A program made the position numbers and the translations under genes. DNA of 64,000 bases from Camelus dromedarius (lineage: Eukaryota), in assembly GCF_036321535.1 (NCBI RefSeq), contig NC_087437.1:118546001-118610000 (forward strand), read 5' to 3'. Of this stretch, positions 37,043 through 49,959 are shown piece by piece. Numbering within the stretch: the first letter of the stretch is position 1; every line of letters begins with the position of its first letter. The notes below the pieces were generated by a model. It ran no database searches. It saw only the letters and a program-made list of their open reading frames with translations, and was not told the DNA's origin.

Positions 37043-37314
37043 TTTTTTTAAATTTTATTTTTTATTGAAGTGTAGTCGATTTGTAATGTCAGTTTCAGGT
37101 GGACAGCAAAGGGATTCAGTTATACATGTACATACATACAAGTTTTTTCAGATTCTTTTCCACTACAGGGTATCATAAGACATTGAATATGGTTCCCTGT
37201 GCTGTACAGTAGGTCCTTGTTTATCTATTTTGTACCTAGTAGGAGTGTGTATCTGCTAACCCCAAACTCCTAATTTGCCCCTCCCCCCTTCCCCACTGGT
37301 AACCATAGTTTGTT
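37043..37314 (-). mobile_element. 5'-truncated L1 3' end
   Basis: ttttttattgaagtgtagtcgattt...ggttccctgtgctgtacagtagg; perfect 11-bp TSD TCTTACACTCA at 37032-37042 and 37315-37325. Confidence 0.9.
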
Positions 37315-37844
37315 TCTTACACTCACCTCCGAAGGGGATCTGTTTTGTCAGCCGAGGAGCTCAAGTTTGAGTTAATTTTGGCAGTTTCAAACAGTAATCA
37401 ATGTCTTCCAAACTCGCAAGCCCAGCATTTTTTAGGATTATTGTCAGCGATGAAACCTTGATGATCTTAAGCCTTGGGCCGGATGCTGACGGTTAGAGGC
37501 CCTGGCCGGGCGGAGCAGGTGTGCGGGAGAGCTGAGAAGGCCGTACCACGGGCAGGGCCCTTCTCTGCGCGACGCTGGCTTCTCTCTAGTTTCTAGTGTT
37601 TTAGGGGGTCGTGAAGTCGTGCAGTAGTTTTCACTGTGATTGTTTTCACAGACCTTTGTGCTGAGTGGGCGGTGTGACCGCAAGTCAGCGCTGGGTGTGT
37701 GCACCACGGCGCGGGCAGTGTTTAGTTGCCGTGTTTGGACATTGATAATTAGATGATTGATCAGTGGATTGTTGGAAGGTGGTATGAAGGCTGGGTATGT
37801 ATTTTGTTTAATTCATTATTTTCAAATTTTATTGGACGTCGTTA

Positions 37845-37974
37845 ATTTTTCATTTTGCGGGGGGAGGGAATTAGGTTTTTTGATTTATTTACTTCTTTCA
37901 ACAGAGGCACCGGGGATTGAACCCAGCACCTCATCCGTGCTAAGCGCGCTCTACCCCTGAGCTCTGCCCTCCCC
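37845..37974 (-). mobile_element. Full-length tRNA-Ala-derived SINE (camelid Vic-1-like)
   Basis: Reverse complement reads ggggagggcagagctcaggggtagagcgcgcttagcacggatgaggtgctgggttcaatccccggtgcctc...aaataaat...cctaattccctcccccc; same family as the 24481 copy. Confidence 0.85.
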
Positions 37975-38769
37975 CGGGATGTTTACTGTAAATGGGACTC
38001 TGAGAAGCTACTGTGGTGGGGAAGGAGCAGGAGGTCATGTCACATGACCAATTCTTGGAAGATTCCAGGGAGATGCACATCCCGCCCCCTCCCCCCACCC
38101 CCCGCCAGGGGAGGGGCGCCATCGACTCTGTGGAGGCACACCCTCCCACCCTTCAGAGAGCCCATCAGCTGCCTCACGGGGCGCTGCTGCAGAGGGCAGG
38201 CTGGGTCCGCCGGGAAGCAGTGGGAACGGGGGACTATTTAGCCGACAGGAAGCTCCCCGAGGACCGGCACCAAGTCCCTCTTGCTAACCCTCCATCCCAG
38301 GATGGCGTACCACACCTGGCACAGGGGAGGTCCTCAAAAATATTTGCTGAATTAACCTCAGAAAGGAAGCGCATTCCAGAATCACTGCCCTGAGCCTCTG
38401 ACAAGCGAGGGCACAGGGCAGTGAGCCTCCCATCACTGCGGCGTTGGGCGGAAAGGCGGCTGCCCGTCAGGGCGGTCCTGACAGCAGTGCCACCTTACCG
38501 GGAGGCTGGTCCGCATCCGTGGTCCCCGTTCCTGGCTGGTCATTAGCCATCTGGGGCCTATTGAAGTGTGTGAACTCCAGACTCCATTCTTTGCACTGGA
38601 GATTCCCTATGTTGTTTTAATTCCTAGAAGTGATTCCAGTGACAAAACAGTGACCTCTAAGGTTCATTTCGGTTCTTCAGTTTTTGTATTTAAGGAAAAT
38701 CTAGTCTAGTGGCTGAGGTCGGTCACCATTTTGTTAAGGCAGTTTCTGTAGTTCACATGTGACTAAACG

Positions 38770-39960
38770 CCCGCAGCCATTAGTCGGTGTGCACTTGCTT
38801 GCCTGGCCCTGTTCTGGGCGTGGAGGATGCAGCAGTGACCTGCAGGGACATGGTCCTGCCTCCTCATATCTTACCTTTTATCTTGGAAAGATGGACAAAT
38901 CAAGTGAATATATGTATTGGATGGCGGTAGATGTTACGACACTAAAACGTGGGAGCAGCCACGCTGGGAGGGGGAAGTGGTACTTACTTCTGTAGGGTGG
39001 CCGGGGAAGGTGCTGCTGACAGGGATCTGAGATGTAAAGAAAGAGGGAGTGAGGGGTGTGGGGGAGGGTGTTCCCAGCAGAAGGAACATCCAGTGCAAAG
39101 GCGCTGCTTGAGAAGAGTGTGTGCTTGCCTTTGGAGGAACCCCAAGGCATCTCTAGTCAGGAGTGTAGTGGGTGAGTTGTGGGAGAGGAGGTAAGGAAAA
39201 AGAGGGGTGGCATTCTGTTGACAAATATTACATGGTTCACTAGGTATATTAGGAGTTTAGTTTCGGAAAAGCCAAATTGAGATGCCTTTTGTAACATCCA
39301 AGGTGGGTGGCCAGTAGCAGCTGAATGCATGTCTGGAGTTCAAGCAAGAGGTCTCAGATGGAGGTTTAAATCTGAGAGCCCCTTGTGCAGGGGAGACATG
39401 GAAAGTCGTGAGACTGGATGCAATCCCCGTGGGGTGGGTCTAGACAGAGGAGGTGGTGGGCTCCAAGGACGAGTTTGCTGAGATACTCCAAAGCTCCGAG
39501 GTCGGGGAGGGGAGGAGGAATCAGATGAGAGGAGGCTAGAAGGAGGTATGGCTGGAAGCCCAGTTGTCATCAGTACCAGATCCCACAACGGGTCAGCTGA
39601 TGGTCAGCTCAGGCACATGAGGATCATGGTTGGCGTAGAGCAGAGCTGTTTCCACAGGGGTGGTGAGTTCAAGTGCAAACAAGGGAGGATTTGGAGACTG
39701 AGAGCAGTCAACTCTTTTAGGGGCTTTATTGTAACAGGAGTGCAGAGAAAAGGGGCCGGGGTGGGAGGAAGACGTGGGATGAAGAAACTTGCGCCTTGTC
39801 TTTCTTAAGATGGGAAATGTAACAACCTGCTTGTCAGCAGGTGGGGGGGTGCTGGTAGAGGAGGGAAAACTGATGACGCAGAGGGGAGACGGGGCACTTG
39901 GGGCTGTGGTGTCCTGAGAGGGTGGTGGGCTGGGTCCAGTGCCCATGGAAGAGGTTGGAC
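38770..39960 (-). mobile_element. Fragmented L2 remnant
   Basis: ccctgttctgggcgtggaggatgcagcagtga; gagggtgttcccagcagaaggaacatccagtgcaaaggc; gtctggagttcaagcaagaggtctcagatggag. Confidence 0.65.
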
Positions 39961-41272
39961 TTGGGAGGAGGTGGAGCTGCCTCTACTTTGTGTCGGTCCT
40001 TGGTCGTATTTAATGATGTTACACAAGAGCTCTCGAGTGTGGTGGAGATTTTGCCAAGGTTAATATGTTGCAGTTTTGTCTTAGTTTTTCCCATCCCTGA
40101 AATGTTCTGGAAGATTTCCATGTGACGGTTCTACACCCTAATTAGGAAAACATCTGTGTTGTGCTGGCATGGGCACCACAGAGGACGCCTCTGTCATTTC
40201 TCTCCTGGGCAAGCATACATTCAACATACCTGGACACCGTAAATATGCGGAGATCAGCGGAGAGTTAATGTCTTTCCTAAGAGGAATTTACTTGGAAGGC
40301 CTTTAAAAAATCTTTTTAGCAGAGAATGATATCTTTGATCGCTATATGCCTATTAAAAACTTTTTTTCCCTCATGTGTTTAATAAGAAAAAAACATCAAA
40401 GTCTTTACAGACCACACAGAAATAGCCTGTTTCGTAAATGGCTGGGCTGAAAAGGGTAGCGGATCTGAAAACAATGGCTTTTTTGTGTCTTACTTTCCAA
40501 GTTTGGGTGGACCGGATGAGTCTGTGAAGAGGTTCTGTAACGTGGAGATACCATTTTAGATTTTAAGAAGAGGTCGCTGTGAAGGCGAGGTCACAGCCTC
40601 CACACGGAGATGCATGCGGATGTGTTAGGTCATCAGTCATCACCAGCGACACGGCCGCGTGCAGCCATCACTGCGTCAGAAGGTGTCTGCACCCTCGTGG
40701 TACTAGGGGCTTAAATCACATTTTCTGCTTTCAAAGCACTTAATGATAGTGTTGTACGTGTATTTTCCCTACATGTACACGGAGTTTATTTCATATAAAC
40801 TCCAGCAGACCAACCTCACAAGGCCTTTGGCGGGTCAGTGTCACGTACAGTGAGGTCATGATTTAGCCATCTGTGTGCTCCATCCACAATCATGGGCTGT
40901 GTGACTGGCAGTCCATCACCCTTTAGGAAATTTACTTTCCTCATCCTTTTGTGTTTACACAGTATTAAAATCGATTATAGAACCTTGACAAACATCATCG
41001 TAAACAGAGGGAGTTACTTTTCAGTGTGTTGATTGGTGTGGGAATGGGCTTAGAAATTAAACTTTAAATTCAGAAGGAAAACCTCAAATAAGTTATGGTT
41101 ACTTGTGACTTAGTCCTATAGCCAATTCAACAGAGACTGAAAACTATCATTGAAGAAAAGGCCAATCTGTGGTCTGGACGTGAGGTGGTGAATTCCATGA
41201 GGGGCCCCTTCTGTCTCCATGGCCCAGGCACATGGTAGCTGCTTACCAAGTATTTATTGAAAACTGAATCTT

Positions 41273-41804
41273 CCCAAGAGAATCCAAACAGGATTTCAAA
41301 GAGATATTTATATACCTCTGTTCACGGCTGCATTATTCACAATAGCCAAAGGGTGGAAGTAACCCAAGTGTCCACTGATGGATAAAAGGCCAAAAAAAAA
41401 AAAAAAAAACGTGGACTATGCATACAATGGAATATTATTCAACCTTAAAAGGGAAGGACGTTCTGACTCATGCCACAACTTGCATGAACCTTGAGGACAT
41501 TATGCTAAGTGAAATAAGCCAGTCGCAAAAGGACAAATACTGGATTCCACCTAAGAGAGGTCCCGAGAGGAGTCAAATTAACAGAGACAAAGTAGAAAGG
41601 TGGTTTCCGGGGGCTGGGAGAGCGGGAAACAGGGAGTTAGCTGTTTAGTGGGTAGAGTGTCTGCTTGAGATGATGGAAAGTTCTGGAGCTGGATGGTGGT
41701 GATATCAGCAACAATGTGAGCATCTTAATGCTGCCGAACTGTACACTAAAAGTTGGTTAAGATGGGATATTTCACATTATGCGTGTTTTACTACCGTTAA
41801 AAAA
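41273..41804 (+). mobile_element. L1MB/L1MA-type 3' end
   Basis: gcattattcacaatagccaaagggtggaagtaacccaagtgtccactgatggat...catacaatggaatattattcaacc...atgaaccttgaggacattatgctaagtgaaataagccagtc. Confidence 0.9.
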
Positions 41805-43379
41805 TGAGTTTGAACACCTGGAATCATACCGAGGAGTAGCCATTTTATAATAATAGTAACTTGAAAATCTTACCTGTTGCTCCAGCGACTGCATGCTGTA
41901 TCTTCGTTGTTTTTTTTTTAATATTACTGAAAATTCTAACAATATTTGAATGTTGGGAACCAGGATGAAGTTAATCCTGTGTCTTTTTTTTTCTGAAAGT
42001 TCAGATCTGAAATGACTTTCTGTTTGCAGTTATCAACTCTTGAGCAAAAGAGAAAATTTCGTGAAACTCCAGAAACGTCTTAAGAGTTAAGACATTACAC
42101 CTTTGATGAGAATCTATTTAAAGTCCTTTGGAAAATGTGCAGAAAGAACCAACTTCTAGCTAAAATGATGTCTTCTCAAATCCCTGGAAATGTGTGATGG
42201 GCTTTGGGGGGCAGCCTTAGTTAACCCTTCGGGGAGGAAAAGTTTAGCTTTCCCCTCTGTTGACAGACACTTCCCTACTTGGCCCCTCCCCGCCCAATCA
42301 CCAGAATGTGGGACAGGCCTGTTTCTGTCCTTTTTTAGTAGTGTTTTCTGAGAAGCAGTTCAGCTTGCACTTTCCTTTCAGTGGGAAAAAGGATCATTCG
42401 TTTTACTGGCAGTGATGAGGTCCAGCCTTGTGACTCCCAAGCCACGTCTGTTTAAATATCCATCTTCACTCTTCAATCAGTGGGGCTGCATTCTGCCAGC
42501 AGGTAGATTGTGTAGCCTCAGAGGCTGAGGGAAGCTCTGCAGCCCAGGGAGGTCCCTGGGGCCTTGGCATCCTCCATAGAAAAGCTGTCCCTTGCATTCT
42601 TTCTCCCCATCCCTACCCCCCTCCCGAGTTTGCCTCCAGAGACAGAGGGGCTGGCAAAGCAGACAGAAGCACCCAGCCCACCTGTCTCTGAATATCCCCT
42701 TGTAAACTTACAGGGACTTTCTGGCTTCCGACTCTCACTTCCAGAAGCTTGGTGGACGTGAGGCGGCTTACAGTGGCTCCCCTCTCAGTCCATCCTTGGC
42801 TTCTCCGTCCAAGAGGCAGAGAACCAGGCGCTGGCTGTTGTGATCCCTGGAGACAGTGCCACCCCGTGTAGCCTCTTGGCAAACAACCAGGCGCCTTCTT
42901 CACGTGCGATGCTGGGGACTCAGCTCTGAGCCCAGGGGTGAAGTGGCACGGGTTCTGACCCTGCCTCTGCTGGTCCAGGAGCAGCCCGGCTGCGTCGTCA
43001 CACCTAGACTTGTGTGCGGGTGTTGCCTCTGATTCCCAGCAGCCTAAACGGATGCCTGGAGCTTCCGACTATTACGTGAAAAAGCCCGGGGTTGGTACTC
43101 ACTTGCGAGGATGTGACCCAGAGCTGGAGAGTTTACAGATGCAGCTTCATCAGGTGGTGGGTTTAGAGGACGGTCTTCTCATCTTTCTCAGGTGCACTCT
43201 GATGCCGTTACCACACTGTTCAAAATTGTCCTCAGAGCTTAGGAGACGCTGCGCTTGGGAGACCTTGGAGCTCACCAAAACCCCGGGAAGGCTTGGACCC
43301 TGAGAAAAGCCAGCCAGAAAGCTGACACTGACTGGACTTGAGTCTCCTGGGACAGGATGGCCTCAGTGATGTTGGGCAC

Positions 43380-43660
43380 CATTCATTCACTCATTCATTC
43401 AACAACCTTTACGGAGCACTCACTGTGCCAGGCACTGCGCTCAGAGCTAGCCACATGAAGATCACTGGGGTGATCCAAGGAGGTGGAAGGGGAGAGAGAG
43501 GAACACAGCCAGCTCCAGGAATATTCTGGAAGTAGATTGATAGGACACACAGACTCCTGCAAGTGGAGGCAGAGAGCACGGGAAGGGAACGAGGGAGCTT
43601 GGGCATTGGGGGTGGGGATGCTGCTCACCAGGGTGAGGAAGAAAAGGCCAGCCTAGTGAA
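43380..43660 (-). mobile_element. L2 3' end remnant
   Basis: cattcattcactcattcattcaacaacctttacggagcactcactgtgccaggcactg. Confidence 0.7.
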
Positions 43661-44782
43661 AACAGCATTTGTGGCCTTGGATCTGAGCACCCCTGGGCAG
43701 ATCCCTGCCTTGTCCCAGCTGCTGCCGGTGCTGCTGACACGCGGTCACGTCCATCACCTGCCGCAGGACCATCCGCTGTGCACCAGGGGACTGACCGCTA
43801 AATACACAGTGTCCATTCTGGAGCGTGTGCACATCACTTCTGGGCTGCGTCCAGACTAGCTGCAGTGCGGAGACTTGCAGTGAAAGTCTGCTGGGGAATC
43901 CGATGCGTGTCGTGTTTGGCGCAGTGAGGTATCTGAGATGTCAGCCCCGCAGCGAGAAGAAACATCACATTGCCCCTGTCTGAGAAATTGAACCACCCCA
44001 AGGTGCCACGAACCACTTTGGGTGCATCACACATACATCATCTCCTGGACCCCTCAAAGTGGCACTCTTGGCGCCCCCCCCCCCCCCCCAGGGACCACCC
44101 TCCCTTACACCGAGGCTCAGAAATGGTGCTTTACGCCGCTTCCACAGCGGGTAGGAGGCTAAGCCAAAGTTCAAATCCAGGTCTAAGAGACGCAAAAACC
44201 TTCCTTTTTTCATGCTCCTCTGCTTTGGAGAAAGTACAGGGTGTGTCCTGGGACCACAGGTAGGAAATGAACTTGAAACCTGCCTCCTGTGAAGAGACAT
44301 GGTCACAGCACATTTAAGGGCATCAGCCGTGGGTCTGTGATAAAGCCTCCCCCACCTCAGAGATCCAGCCTCTCCGTTCATCCTAAGAGGGGTGGGTTGT
44401 TTGAAAAGTTTGACAACTCAGACGGGGGCCACCTCTACCTCCAGTCACTGGCCTGTTACCCCAGTGACAGGTGTCAGCTGCAAAGGTAGTGGCAGCTCCC
44501 ATGTCCAGAAGGATTGATTTCAGGGTGACTTTTAGTTTTCTAAAACAGAGACACCCACACCAGCCCTCCTACACCCCCAACCTCCCCAGCCAGTCCTAAC
44601 CTGCCAAGCCCTAAGCGTTCAGGAAAGCCGTCACCACGTTCGGGTCAGGCAGCCAAGCTGGTGCCCGTCCTCTCTCCAGCAGCCGCTTGGCAGCTGCGGT
44701 CTTCCCAGGAGCCAGGGAATCTGCGGGTCTCTGGACTGTGTTTTTCTAGTAAGAGCCCCGTCTGTAAGAGGGAAGCCCATGT

Positions 44783-44832
44783 GCACACATGCACGCACAC
44801 ACACACGCACTCACACACGCACACACATACAC
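44783..44832. repeat. Degenerate (CA)n tract
   Basis: gcacacatgcacgcacacacacacgcactcacacacgcacacacatacac. Confidence 0.85.
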
Positions 44833-47800
44833 CCCCTCCACCCCGCCCCTGAACGGTGTGTAATTAAGCCCCTGTCGCTGACTTCTGTAACAGCTGTCTG
44901 GGTTAAGCGGAGCCCTTGCAAAATGATTTTTTTTTTCTTCCTTCTCTATAAAAACAACCTTAATTTTAGAACGTGGAGAAATGGCGTGTGGCAATTATTT
45001 TCACTTCCTTCAACAAGACGTGTTTAAGTAAATGAGATTCATTTCCACCATCGAAGCGCTGAGCAAACCTGATTAACAGGATCAGTGCCTGCATCACATG
45101 TGGTAACTGTGGGCAAACAGCCCCCTGCAGCTGGGCCGGGGAGGATCCCGCTGCTGGGGGCTCCGCTTGCCGGCAGACTTCAGCAGATGGGCTGCTAATG
45201 TAATTAGGAATCGTTGTGTTAAACGAGCTGTTATTTAAATGATCTGCTAATTTTCCTATCTATTAACCTGCTGAAAAAGAGGCAGTGATATCTGAGACAT
45301 CTCAGGCTGCTGTCCCTGACTGGATGCCTAAACAGTGCTGCCCTTTCATACAACCTTTTACCTTAGTCCGGCAATTAGCAAGTGGCTTTCTGTGGGGCTG
45401 TTGCCCAATGCAGAGTTTAGGAGGGACAGTGGGAGGTGTGCACTAAGTGTCAACTGGGTGGCGGGGCTGTGGTGTGGTAGCTTGTTCGAGGGATGTTGGA
45501 CTCTGCGGGGCATGAGGCAAGGTCTGTGTGAGCCAGCCTTCCCTTGTTCCTCTCTACCCTGGGACACTGGTGGGGACGGGGCAGTGAGGCAGCAAGGAGG
45601 AGAAGGCTAATTCAGGGCCTCCTATGGGGCCTCCTGGGAGGCAGTGCAGGGCTGTCCACCTGGGGATCAAGGAGGTGGAAGCCTTCATCCATCAGCTGTC
45701 ATGTGGGGGGGTTCAGGGCTGTTCCCAGGAGCGAGTGCTCACTCCCTGGCCCTTCAGGCCTGCCCTGGATGCTGGGAGAGCCCCCGCAGCTGGCGTGAGT
45801 GCCAGGCACGTGGGGTGCACCCTGCTCATCCCCTCCCTCCTAACTCTGGTTAGCTTTGGATATCTAAGAGGAAGCCTGTGACTGTTGGAGACAGCAGCTG
45901 GGAAGTTAAGTTAGCCACCCTCGCCAAGTCTAGAAAAGCTAAATGAAGTCTGTGCACAACCGTAGCAGGAGTTTGGCTGGGTGAACTCCAGCTTATTGGC
46001 AGGTTGGCCGCCTTTGTCAGCTTTCCACGCCTGGGCGGAGCTCATGCCTGCTTCTTCCCCACCTTATGGTGATTAGCGAATTCCTATTAGAGGCAGTCAT
46101 TAATGGAGACAGTCCTAAAGAGACTAAGAAAAAATGGTTTGCTCTCAAGCAACTTACAAGCTCATTGAGAGGAAAGATGTGCACTTTGGAGAAATGAGAG
46201 GCCAGAAAAGATATCAGGCAACCAAGGGGCCAAAACTCAGGGCACGACTGTCAGGGGAGAAGAATGAATCAGGGCTGAAGATGAAAGGCCTTTGGAGGGC
46301 GTGAGACAGCCTGGGTCTCAAAGACAGCAGTGTGTGTGGTTTGTACTTACCCTCTGCTGCCTGGCAGACAGCGTGAGAGGTGGCTTCCAATTATGTCAAA
46401 ACAAAACGAGGAACATGAAACCCCACAAGGTGGGCCACTTTAAAAACAAGTAAGCTTTGTCCAGGCAGAGCAAGGCATGGTGGTGAAGTCTTGACCGTCC
46501 CCAAGAATGTTCCTGAAGGAATTTTCCTGGAGAATCTCTTAGATTCGAATTGCTCCAGAATCAGCCATTGGGACTGTTATGGAGTTTATGTCAACAGCTG
46601 ACCTCAGGTTTCCCTGCCTCCCGCTGAAAGTTGCATGTAGGTCAGTTACCTGCTTCCTAGATGAGGGAGCAGAGAGGCAGGGCAGGAGAAGGACTGCCCC
46701 GCACAGGCTCGGGCGCGGTGGACAGCCACTTGGTCCCAGACGCCGCACGCTCCGTCACTGCTCAGCAAAGTGAAGAGCCATGGTGACATGAAGACAGGAC
46801 TGCCCTCCTGACACGGAGATACAGCTGTTCATCTTTGAAAGGTATCTGGTTCCCACTCACTAGTAATTTGTGTGTAACGGCTGTCCTCGTTTCGTGATTA
46901 TTTTATAAAATCCCATTCTGCAAGTTTGAGTGGGACTGCTGGAATTGGAGAGTATTATCAAAGAGGCATCTTTCAAAGAAGAAAGTCTTCGTTTGAAGGA
47001 TAATAGAATTTCCACACATTGTCCTTCTTGTCCTCCGGAAGCGATCATCTAAGGTCTTTTGCCGTCTCCAAGTTATGAGTATAATTGGTTGGTGTACCGT
47101 GCAGGTTGCTTTTATAAGTGAATAAACACATTCTGTTTCCCTGGAACATGCATCTCTCCTGTTAATCCACCTTCGGTGCAAGTCTCTTAGTCCCAGCTTT
47201 CCCCTTTACTCGGCGACTGCCTTGGGCGCTGTCCAAGGTACTGATGGATGAGGCCCATAACTCCATGTTCCCCCCACCCCACCCTGCTCTCACGGCGGTG
47301 CCCTGTGCTGGGGTGTTCTAGGGAGAAGAAAGGCTCCAGTGTGAAAATGATGCATCAGGCTGGGGACGTGGGATTCTCAGGAACAGCCTGTTAGGTGTTT
47401 CCAAGAGCACAGTTAGAGGAAGGAGGTGTCTGCAACAGAGACTGAGAAGGAGGGGCCGTGGCGAGAAAACCAGGAGCTTCTGAAGCTTCCAGGAGGGACT
47501 GGTCAGTGGTGGCCGGTGCTGCGTGCAGGCCAGACCACATAGCAGAGCGTTCGCAAGTGACCATGGGTTAAAAGCACGGAGGTCCTTGGTGGGCTTGGCC
47601 GGCCCTGGAGGGGTGAGGCAGAAGCCGCCTGTCAGCAGACTGTGGAGAGAAAGGCAAGAATTGAGATGAGGCAAGCCCACTGATGCTCGGCTGTGAAGAA
47701 GCAGTAGCTCCAGGAAGAGTGTTTGGGTTTTGCTGTTTTTAAAAAGTGGACAGTAAATGTGTCCCATCAACTCCTGTGATTCCAAACCTCTGTAGGTCTT

Positions 47801-49486
47801 ATGGTTTGGATCATGGGTAGCTTTTGAGGACAGGCAGGTAGGCACTTCGTACTTCGCTGCTGGGTTCTTGGCTCTGTGGGCTGCTTGGTGTTGGGAAGGA
47901 AGTGGGGCTTCCACACCCCCCACCCCGGCATTTCTGCATTTCTTGTTGTCAAGCGAGGATGCTGTTCCTTACACGCTTCTGAGTCATTTTCAGTTGGGTT
48001 TCGAAAGTGCAAAACATTTCCCGAATTCGAGACTATGTATGTATTTTCAGTGTCCCTTTATGGGGCTGAACGATGTCCTCCAGGGTTGGACTGTTGTGTC
48101 TGCCTGGAGTGGAACCCGAGGAGGCAGGAGATGATGTTGGAAATCCCCAGGGTAAAGGACTCAGCAGGTGATATTGTGCATGTGGAGCAGGGCGAGGTGG
48201 CCAGGAGGCGCCTGCGCTCTGAGCCTTCACATGTCACTGGCTTCAGGGTGGATCCTGTAAAGTTTATAGGACAAGTAACTGCATTTTTTTTCCCATTGTG
48301 GTTGAGACTAGGACTTGCAAAAGGGAAGCTGTGGCCCTGGCAAGAAGTCAACGTGAGAAATGTCTGTTTCCAGGTCATCACACAGAAAAAACTGTTGGCT
48401 CGTTTGCAGCTCAGACGTTCGTTACCTGAAGCCCAACTCAGAGGCTTTACTGCTCCCTGGAAATCCATTCCTTGCCCAACTCTGCGGCTGCTTCGTTTAT
48501 GGGGCCATCTCTCTCCTCTAATCATATGCTCTAGGAAGAGCCGGGGTGGGGACCAGCTTGGCCAAGCCATGACTCCGAATTGAATCTTCTTGAAAGCTGA
48601 TTTCTGTTGAAACAGCTGGAGAAGTCTGCTGGTGCCGAATGCCTGGGCACTTAGAAGTCCTCTGTGTCAAAGAATGCCGTCTGTGTTTTGGTGTGACTTT
48701 GTTTTGTGTCGCCTGCCTCTGTGAGGGGGCACGATGTGCAGTGTGGCAGAAGTGAGGACAGGGGTGTGTAAGGGGACTGGGTCCTGCTGTGATGTGGAGG
48801 CGGTGGGTGGAATTCCACCCCGAGGAAATGCTTGCAGAGAAAGTCCCTGGTCACCGGAGCCATTATCCCCAGGAAAGGAGTCCTGTTTGCCTTGCCCGTG
48901 ACTGGCTGTGCAGCAGCCTCCAGTATGTGGAGCGCTAGCTGGGAGCCCGGGCTGCCAGGAGGCCTGGCCTTTCCACACGCATCCTGCTGGGCTGTCTCCC
49001 AGTGAGACCCCGGAAAGGCTTGTAAAAGCAGCATGGCGTCCTTGTGCAGGATCTGCAGCTTTTATTATTCGTGACTTTCAATGACTGAGAAAAAGTATTT
49101 CTCACCGTTATGCAATCGGGTATCTTTGGGGGGGGGCGGGGCTGATATGTCTTATCTGATTGTTTCACACACTTCTTTTAAAGGTTCGAAATTTCCTGAC
49201 TTGCCCCATGAAGGAATTCTGTTGTTTTTTTTCCCTTTCTTCTTCACCTCTCTACTATTTTCACCCAAGCAACTTTGAAAGCTCATCTTGCCTTCAGGAA
49301 CCATTTAAATCCAGGACATGGAAACCGGGCTGAGGACGCAGGGCCCTGTGAGTCACATGGATTATCAGGTCAGCTGGGACTCTGTCTGCTGGCAGGACAG
49401 CAGCCTCAGGCTTGACACACAGCGTTTTGGAACTTTACTTAAACGATGGGTGAGGTTCTGGACCTTGCTGGTTTCCCATCACCCCT

Positions 49487-49830
49487 GTGTGATGTTGTGA
49501 CTTACATGAACAAATACATCTTTATACAAAGAAATCTATATTTGATCTTCATCCCCACTCCGGGCATAGGGCTCCTGAAACCCTTGGAAGTTCCTCAGCA
49601 ACAAGAGTGATAAAGGTCTTTTGTTATTCAGAAAAAGCCCCTTCCTGGCAGCCCTGAGTTATGCCAATGAGCTGGCTTTTGGAAAGGCCCTAAGGATGGG
49701 GAACCAACCCTGAGACTAGAGAGCGGGCCCTTCCAGCTTCATTCCCAGGGAGGGGAGAGCCGTTGGAGGTTAAATCAATCACCAGTGGCCAGTGAGGTGA
49801 TCAATCATCCCTGCCCGTGAGGCCCCCAGA
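49487..49830 (+). mobile_element. MER21-like LTR, 5' part
   Basis: tgtgatgttgtga...aagaaatctatatttgatcttcatcccc...gctcctgaaacccttggaa...aatcaccagtggccagtga...aatcaatcat. Confidence 0.7.
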
Positions 49831-49959
49831 AAACTACTTGGCAGGAGTAAAGCAGAAAATGTGACACAGGGCGTCACTGGATTAAGAAAAACACGTAGCC
49901 GTGTTACTGAACTCAGGCTCAGCTGTTCACAGGGGAGACGGAAGCATGGCAGGCGAGGC

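Noticed and set aside
37900..37974. tRNA-Ala gene, also considered for 24490-24545
   Set aside because: Degenerate cloverleaf followed by a shared SINE tail in two dispersed copies: a SINE, not a tRNA.
20030..40000. Orthologue of PLAC4, which is antisense in human BACE2 intron 1
   Set aside because: I cannot identify its exons or promoter from this sequence; alignment to human would be needed.
47876..48583. 235-aa intronic ORF, plus 201-aa and 170-aa antisense ORFs nearby
   Set aside because: No recognisable homology or domain, and no poly(A)/TSD signature of a retrocopy.
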